Shown piece after piece: positions 53,850 to 64,000 of a stretch of DNA of 64,000 nucleotides. The stretch is from the NCBI GenBank assembly GCA_951406725.2, contig OX597815.1, positions 147,684,001 to 147,748,000 of the forward strand, in the 5' to 3' direction. Under the pieces are notes generated by a model that was given only the letters and a program-made list of their open reading frames with translations, searched no databases and had not been told where the DNA came from. The DNA comes from Octopus vulgaris (Eukaryota). The position numbers and the translations under genes are program-made. Positions within the stretch are counted from its first letter, which is position 1; every line of letters begins with the position of its first letter.

Positions 53850-54020
53850 ACGTGTGTAAGTCGATTCTATCAACCCCAGTGTTGAATTCATTTTTCGACC
53901 CCGAAATTATTACAGACAAATTTGACTTCGCTTGAATTGGAACTCAGAACATATAGACGGACGAAATGCCACCGAATATTTTTTACTATAATGTTTACGA
54001 TTCTGTCAGTTCGCCATCAT
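53850..54020 (-). mobile_element. Decayed SINE family B
   Basis: tcgaccccgaaa, gaactcagaac, gacgaaatgcc, ttctgtcagttcgcc. Confidence 0.6.
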
Positions 54021-54293
54021 AAACTCAATGAATATAATAGAAATTTAGATATATTTCTTGTATTTCCATCCTGGTGACCTTCATATATAACAGTAAATGT
54101 ATTTATGGAGGTAGTTATAGATGTTATGGTTATGGAGGTGGTTATGAGATGGTTGAAATTTAATATGCTTAGCAATACTGGACTGTAAATTATGATCTAC
54201 AATTATCAAAGGTGAAGTACAAAACCATGAGAAGTATTGAAGAATACAGATTCTATAAATTATAAAACATATTGTTTAAAATTTTAACTACTT

Positions 54294-54466
54294 CGTAGTA
54301 GTGGCTGTGTGGTCAGTAGCTTGTTTACAAACCACATGGTTCCGGGTTCAGTCCCACTGCATGGAATCTTGGGCAAATGTCTTCTACTATAGCCTCGGGC
54401 CGACGAAAGCCTTGTAAGTGGATTTGGTAGACGAAAACTGAAAGAAGCCCACCGTATATATGTATG

Positions 54467-54556
<90 letters not shown>

Positions 54557-54790
54557 CATATATGTATGTGTGTGTGTATGTTTGTGTGTCTGTGTTTGTC
54601 CCCTAACATCGCTTGACAACCGACGCTAGTGTGTTTACGTCCCCGTAACCTAACGGTTCGGCAAAAGAGACCGATAGAATAAGTACTAGGCTTACAAAGA
54701 ATAAGTCTTGGGATCGATTTGGTCGACTAAAGGCGGTGCTCCAGCATAGTCACTGTCAATTGACTGAAACAATTAAAAGAGTAAAAAAGT
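54294..54790 (+). mobile_element. SINE family A
   Basis: Full head, core and tail with expanded internal CA/TA tract. Confidence 0.9.
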
Positions 54791-56108
54791 GGAAATATTT
54801 AAATAATGTCTGTGAAGCAGCAGAATAGCAAAGTCAGACAAACACAAATAAAATTTGTATTGTAAATAGTAACACGAAACACAATTGAGAACTGGCTAAA
54901 TCTAAACATCAATAAAGGATAAAGAAATTATTCTACGCGCCATGCAACAAACGCGCTTGAGTTGGTGGAACGTGGGAATTTCAAATATAGTCAACCTGGA
55001 ACGGCTGCACTCAAGTAACTCGAAAAATACATACAATGAAAAATTGGAAATAACAAAAATTGCCAGAGAAGAGTAGAAAGAGTAAAAAAGAAAGTGGTGG
55101 TGGTGGTGGTGTTGGGATCAAAATTTTTCAACTGGAATACAATACAACAGTAAATTTGATAAACAAATTTACGTCAATGAACTAAGGTGCCGTTAATTCA
55201 TTGGTAACAATACGTCGCAATTGTTTTACCAAGATATAAAGAGAAATTGCAAAAATCAATGACGCGACGACGCCAAGAGAAGTAAACACAGTTTGAAAAG
55301 CATGGACAAGCAATGAATCAATACGGAAAAAATGTTAAAACAAGAAAAGTGACACTTCAAGAAGTGTGTCAGGGAATGATAACACTTAAATTAGCTCACA
55401 CGCTACTACTAAACATGAAAAATCCACGCTAACAATACAAATGCTAGAATTACAAACTACTCGATGAAATATTAAACAGCAAAGCACTAAGTGCTTGCAA
55501 AAGTATTTAATGATTCATTAACATTGCCAGTAACAAGAAATGGATGCCTCAATGAAGTGAGATATAATCTGTCATACAATTCAAATGTACAGAAATAGAA
55601 GGAATGACAACCAGGATGTTTAGACGGAAAAAAAAAAACGCCGATCTCAACGACAGTCGCTTTTTGGGAGTTATTAAATCTGCTGCAGACATATGTAACC
55701 ATAACTACCTTACGTACTTCCATACACATCACATTCAAATTATTACTCAAAGGAATTAGAGACAAAAATTACGTTTACTACATTTCCTAAAAGTAATTTT
55801 TAAAAAAAAACTACAAACGAAAGACAGCCAATTGTGCAGAGAATGTAGACAATACGTATAAGTCAAATGAAATGGAAGGACAATCGTGAGATTTTCTTTA
55901 CAAAAGACAAATAAATAAAGAGATAAATAAAAAAAAAAACCACAAGTAATATGCGTCACATAATACTCAACGGAAATGAAAAGATAAAACTGTGATTCAC
56001 AAAGAGTATTACTATTATACGTTGTAGAAGGCACCATGATAGAAACGGAGAAGAGAATGTTTAGAAATATTACTATCATATTTCCTGAAATAAAATATGA
56101 TATTAGTA

Positions 56109-56405
56109 GGCGAAGGCGTAGCTCTGTGGTAAGAAGCTTGCTTCCCGACTCCATGGTTCCGGGTTCGGTATATGGCATCTTGGGCAAGTGACTTCTACTA
56201 TAGCCACAGGCGGACTCCAGCCTTGTGAGTAGATTTGATATACGAAAACTGAAAAAAAGCTCGTCGAATATATATATATATATATAAGATTCAGTTGAAT
56301 TAGGTACTAAAACTGAGCGACCATGCTACTTCAATATAACTGCCAAAAGACAGTGCTCCAGTATAGCTGCAGTCAAATGACTCAAACAAGTAAAAGACTA
56401 AAAGA
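56109..56405 (+). mobile_element. SINE family A, internally deleted
   Basis: Head to gaaaactgaaa, then gtgctccagtatagctgcagtcaaatgact tail. Confidence 0.75.
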
Positions 56406-56439
56406 TATATCAACAATATTATTTGAATATTGAATATCA

Positions 56440-56673
56440 AGACTCCGGTAGTGGGTGGTGGCGAACCACACTGTACTCTTTTAACAAAACTTTCTCTCAC
56501 CCTTTCTACCTCTTCCTCTTGACCTTGTATTTTCAAAGGGCCAGTCTTGTCACACTCTGTGTCACGCTGAATCTCCCTTGGAGTGGTCGGCCACTACACG
56601 TCAATTGCACGAGCAGATTATTCCGTTGATCTGATCGACTGGAACCCTGGTCATCGTAACCGAGGGAGTGCCA
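56440..56673 (+). mobile_element. SINE fragment sharing its middle module with family C but with a different 3' part
   Basis: ctgtactcttt..caaaactttctctcac matches 38617-38650; downstream sequence differs. Confidence 0.5.
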
Positions 56674-56715
56674 CAGTATACATACATGCAGGCATACATA
56701 CATACACACACACAC

Positions 56716-56767
<52 letters not shown>

Positions 56768-56769
56768 GT

Positions 56770-57147
56770 ACTCTTTTTAATCTTTTATTTGGTTCAGTCA
56801 TTTGACTGCGGCCATGCCAGGACACCGTCTTTAGTCGAAGAAATCGACCCCAGGACTTATTCTTTGTAAGCCTAGTATTTATTCTATCGGATTATTCTGC
56901 CGAACCGCTAAGTTAAGGAAACGTAAACAAAGCAGCATCGGTTGTCAAGCAATGTTGGGGGACAAACACAGACAGACAAACACATACACACATATACATA
57001 CATACATATTTATATATATATATATGTATATATATACAACAGGCTTCTTTCAGTTTCCGTCTACCAAATCCACTCACAAGGTTTTGCATGGCCTGAGGCT
57101 GTAGTAGAAGATACTTGCCCAAGAAGACACGCAGTGGGACAGAACCC
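56770..57147 (-). mobile_element. SINE family A, 5'-truncated, reverse orientation
   Basis: ttcagtcatttgactgcggccatg, gccgaaccgctaagt, cttctttcagtttccgtctacc. Confidence 0.88.
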
Positions 57148-57159
57148 ATATATATATAC

Positions 57160-57244
<85 letters not shown>

Positions 57245-57246
<2 letters not shown>

Positions 57247-58240
57247 TATAAAGGTGAACAGGAACACACGAGTTGATATATATGAAAAAACAAGTCAAGA
57301 TAGAAAATGATAAAATAATTTTATAAAGAACATTTCAGTACCGGTTTCGGTCACTTGAGACCTTTTCAACTCTAACGATGAAATAATTAAATTTAGAAAA
57401 CTTGAAAGAAAAGTTTTTTAAAGGAATATTTGTATAGTGTTCAAATATAAGTGGCATTTTCCTTGTTTCTGTCTTTCTCTGTCTCTCTTGTTTACACTTG
57501 TGGGTTCGAGGTCGTTGTGAATTCTTGGTAGGGTAGTAGAAGAAGAAGAAGAAGAAGAAGAAGGATGATGAGGAGAAGGGGTTGGAAAATTTGGGAGTGC
57601 CTTGATTGTCGTATTTTGAATGGTCAGTGGCGGCTAGCAGTTGCAGTTCAGTTCATGAGAATATATTCTATTGAAAGGTTTGTTTATAGAATTTGCGTAG
57701 TTGTCATACTAAAAAGCATTAGTGATAAAGTTAAGAAGTAGAAGGTGGAGCAGAAGAAGAAGAAGAAGAAGATGATGATGATGATGATGATGATGGTGAC
57801 GTTGTTGATGATGAAGAAGAAGAAGGAGACGGAGAAGAAGAAGCAGAAGAGGAAGAAGAAGAAGATGGTGATGATGTTGATGATGATGACGATGATGATG
57901 ATGATGATAATGTTGACGATGAAGAAGAAGAAGAGAGAAGAAAGAGAAGGGAGAATATGAATGAGTGGAAGTAGTGAGGTGTTGTATGACTTGAAGTTGG
58001 CACGTTATGGGTTATAGCTGTGATTGGGGCTGATTTGTAATGAATTCTTTGGAATGTAATATTTACGTGTGTATTTGTGTTATTCTAAAGCTGAGGTGTA
58101 TATATCGTTTGTCGTAGCCCCGTCGAGAAGTGGCCAGTTATTTTGTAATAAAGAGAGTTTCTTTACTTATTCGTTGTCTCGAGGTTGTATCGTCCCTGAA
58201 TTGGTAGAGGGGGAAAATCCTGAAGCTTGGTGTTTTGTTA
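57245..58240 (-). mobile_element. Decayed Penelope-like 3' end with long CTT/CAT-rich UTR
   Basis: Minus strand RISKETLFITK near 58145-58180 resembles a GIY-YIG C-terminus; terminal region homologous to 30560-30820; carries a hammerhead variant. Confidence 0.5.
57336..57372 (-). ncRNA. Minimal hammerhead-like motif, U3:A8 variant
   Basis: Minus strand: ag-TTGAAAA-ggtc tcaagt gacc-GAAA-ccgg-TA-ct. Confidence 0.65.
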
Positions 58241-59321
58241 TATACATATGCATATATACATAAACTGAAAAACCAAGGAAAATGAGACGCTGTTAACACT
58301 CGCTACGAAATATCAACGTTACGAAATCACTAGACATTTAAAAATGTAAAGCATGTGTATATACGAGTAGAAGGCAAGACTGAGCTCTTGCAGAATGCGT
58401 AAAATCAAACCAGTCGACACATGCAGGGCATGAAAATCTGTTAATCTTGAAATATATGATATATCTGAATAAATGACTATAAGAATACACTAAAAACATT
58501 TATTTTACCTTTTATTTACGGCACCAATGCCTGAATACACACTGTGATTTTAAATACACCACTGACGGAGAAATCGGTTGTTATATCTAGCTGCGGACGT
58601 CTGTCAATCATACGGAAAAAGTCACGTGACATTGCAGTAGCTGCGAGGTAAGGGAATGGTTATTTCATGCGAGGATTATAAACACGCTGGCTTTTATACA
58701 CCACAAAACCATATGATTGGTTCTCTCATTGTAAATAACGCAGAATCCGCTTTAAGAGATAAATATTACCGTTTAGTATCAGCACTGATTATGTCGGCAT
58801 TAATTATATTAAAAGCATAAAAGCATAATTATTACGACTAAGCTTATACGATAAGTTAATGAAACGATAATGTGACACAATATACAATTATTTCAGCTAC
58901 AATCTACCAAATGTATAGCTCCCTTTAGACATATCTGAATAATGTTTATTTTTGAAAGGATATTATATTGTAATACTTTTCCGATTCATTTTGAAACTGT
59001 CATGATATATCGTTAAGTAAATGCGGTATTAAGAAATGAGCTTTTTCTCAATAAATGGGGAACAATTAAATGAGCGGTTATTAAATATATACGCAATATA
59101 TATATATATAATAAACCTAATTACTAAATGATATGTGTAATGCATATGATGTGAGATGTTACTAAATATATGAGCAAATTATATAATCAGATATTAATAA
59201 TTGATTGCGCAATGTATACAATGATCTATACACAAGATATGTAAGCTATTTCAGACGTCTCTCATAGTAAAATTTAAACAATTCAATATCCATTAATATT
59301 AGAAAAAGGTAAAAAATATGT

Positions 59322-59366
<45 letters not shown>

Positions 59367-59526
59367 TTAATAATAATGATAATGATGATGATGATGATCA
59401 TGATCATGATAATGATAATAATAATAATAATAATGATAATAATAATAATGATGATGATGATGATGGTAGTGGTAGTGGTGGTGGTGGTGGTGTTGATGAT
59501 GGTGGTGATGATGGTGATGGTGATGG

Positions 59527-59563
<37 letters not shown>

Positions 59564-59570
59564 AATAAGA

Positions 59571-61197
<1,627 letters not shown>

Positions 61198-61727
61198 ACC
61201 AGGCAGTGGCTCTCATGGCTTCTGATCTTAACTGATTGGAAGTGTTATCATGTACATTGTTTTGTCTTGGTATAAAATATGGGCTACAGCTCAATACCAC
61301 AGATTTGCTTGTCAGTTGTTTGACCATAACCAGTTGAGCATGTCCCTTAGTGGCTGACGATAAGTGCATCTCTGATCACGAGCAGAAGTAGTGGGGGAGC
61401 ATCATAGCCATGTGTTGAGAGGGATTCTTTGGGGTTTGAAAAATTCACCTCTGGAAACATGGGTGGTTCTTTAAACATCCTTAAACAACCCTTATTCAGG
61501 GACCTTTTGAGCGGGATGGGCTACTCAAACTGAAGAAAATTCTAACTAGGCCCCACCTGCAATGTCATGCGCTGTTTATCTTGATATGAGATCACCATGT
61601 CGCGCACATATGGTTGTGATGCATGTACCTGGTGTACCCTTATCAGACGGGTAGACATGATGGGTATATTGGGCTTCGTATATTTTACCCCAGTGTCACT
61701 TTGATGGCATGAACTGCTCTCTCACTC
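61198..61727. mobile_element. About 530-bp non-coding interspersed repeat inserted in (AAT)n
   Basis: Flanked by AAT arrays on both sides; second copy at 53165-53692. Confidence 0.8.
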
Positions 61728-61767
<40 letters not shown>

Positions 61768-61808
61768 GTAATAATAATAATAATATTAATAATAATAATA
61801 ATAATAAT

Positions 61809-61840
<32 letters not shown>

Positions 61841-61883
61841 GAAGAAGAATTACAATAACAATAACAATAACAATAACAATAAC

Positions 61884-61954
<71 letters not shown>

Positions 61955-61969
61955 TAATAACAATAATAC

Positions 61970-62056
<87 letters not shown>

Positions 62057-62077
62057 GAAGAAGAAGAAGAAGAAGAA
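61728..62077. repeat. (AAT)n array ending in (AAG)n
   Basis: Seen directly. Confidence 0.95.
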
Positions 62078-64000
62078 GAAGGAAGACACCGGGGACGTTG
62101 AAGGAAGACACCGGGGACGTTTAAGATGTAAGAAGGAAAATACAGAGCTCCGAAATCTATCCACAAACATCGAAAACAAGGACACCCTATGGAGCCAAAG
62201 ATTTACTAACAAAGAATTGGACTATATCCGAGTAAGTAATACGAATTGAAATTTATTACTATTTTCGAAACGAAATGATGTATTTTGACTCGATATTATC
62301 TCCACCTCTAAAACAACACATGTAAACATGCGTGGAACAACACGATCATCCCCGACCTCAAACACCATGTACAAAGGAACTACGAAGAAATTAAATGCCA
62401 CCGATACTATTCAACCCAAGAATAACAATCGAGCGGTACGTACATTAAACCTACAACAAAAAATGTACGAAAAACTACACGTGCGAAATAATGTGACAAC
62501 AGAAATAAACGGACCGGTACCCTACGAAAATGACGACCGTCAAAATAATGGGCCGGACGTTGTACCTCATGTCTCGCAATTAAAACCCAAAAGACGTAAA
62601 TGGACACGTGAGGAATACATTTCTATCTTACACGCATACTTCACAGCAATGCTCTACCCACAAAATGAAAATACAACACATACATATAAGATATGGAAGG
62701 AAAATAATAGAGATATAGACTTGGATACAGCAATGAACCCTAATAAATTAGCTAACGTACGAAGATACATTCTCAAAGCCAAAAAAATATCAGAAATAGA
62801 AATAGAACATTTAAAAGAAAAAATACACCAGGAAAATGTAGATAGAAGCCACACAACAATGCCCAATAATATAAACACTGAAACTGTAAAACACGAAGAC
62901 AAACGCAACATTCCCAACAAACACGATGTAAACAACGAAGGGGAGCCTAATGATTATGATAATATAAAAAATAAAATAATCAAAGAACTAAAAACCACAG
63001 AGCTCAAAATGGACCACCGACCATACCTCCCAAGAATAAAAATAAACGAAATAACAACACCAATTATAAACAACATAAACCTAGCCGTCACTGAACTAGC
63101 CACTGAAAAAAAAAAAAAGTGATATCACTGAACTAAATGACTTGATATACGCAGCAGCCACTGCAGCCACAAAAGAAGCTGGATGCTCACCCAAACCCGC
63201 CCAAACAGGAGTACCACCACCCAAACAAACCCTATGGATAAATAACATCCAAAACAAAAAAAAAAAATTAGAAAAGACCTGTCGATTCTTAATGAAATCA
63301 GCAAACAAGCAACGCTACTGAGCAACAAAAAGAGAACAAAAATGCTCCGCAAATATAACATCACAGAAAAAGATTTGCCGGAGATAAAAGAAAAGCTGAA
63401 GCAAGATATCCTTGCCAAAGCTCAAAGGATCCGCCGGTACGAGAAACGCCAACGCTCCTTTGAACAGAACAAAAAGTTCAACTCCGACCCCAAAAAGTTC
63501 TACCAAGAACTGGGCAAAAATAAAATAGAAGTCACTGCAGCACCAACGGCAGAAGAATTGGAAGAATTCTGGAAAGAAATATGGTCGGCGAACGAACCAC
63601 CAAAAAAAAGGAGTATCAAAATAACAAACTCGGCATCTGAACAACTTTGGACCCCCATAACAACTGAAGAGGTCACCCAGGCACTGCAAAAACTAAGCAA
63701 CTGGAAGGCACCTGGGCATGACAAGATCCCCAACTTCTGGTTGAAATATCTAACAGGAATGCACAAAAAGCTGGCTGAAAACTTTAACAGCATACTAGCA
63801 GAGCCAGAGACAATGCTTGAATGGCTCACGAAGGGGAAAACCATCTTAATTCCCAAATCAAATGAAACAACAAAACCAGAAAACTACAGACCAATAACCT
63901 GCCTCCCTACTATGTTCAAGGCATTTACTGCAGTGATATCGCAAAGGCTGAACAAGCACCTGGACGAAAACAAACTGTCCCCAGAAGAGCAGAAAGGATG
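62078..64000 (+). mobile_element. 5' portion of an R4/Dong-clade retrotransposon, running off the window; ORF begins at 62328
   Basis: KRRKWTREE Myb-like N-terminus; later QNKKFNSDPKKFYQEL, NWKAPGHDKIPNFWLK, GKTILIPK, NYRPITCLPT, EEQKG; frameshifts at A-runs. Confidence 0.9.

Noticed and set aside
54830-56090. A-rich stretch resembling a decayed L1/Tx1 C-terminus
   Set aside because: Motifs too eroded to assign

Overview
AT-rich, microsatellite-saturated animal genomic DNA. The SINE families and (TA)n/(CA)n/(AAT)n density point to an octopus-type cephalopod (inference). No host protein-coding exon could be supported; most short ORFs in the track are translations of microsatellites. The window is almost entirely mobile DNA: an intact CR1/L2-type LINE ORF2 with a CCCH-finger upstream ORF, a Naiad-like Penelope element (RT + GIY-YIG) with inverted terminal repeats, decayed RTE, R4/Dong, HERO-like, Tc1 and possible MULE copies, and at least three tRNA-SINE families. 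The most notable pattern is a set of sequence-unrelated fold-back elements sitting in (TA)n tracts. Four of them clearly carry a minimal hammerhead ribozyme in both outward-facing arms and share one architecture with the coding Penelope copy; one has a copy of nearby genomic DNA between its arms. A U3:A8 hammerhead variant family and a LINE/SINE shared 3' hairpin with compensatory changes are also visible. Coordinates were read by eye and may be off by a few bases.
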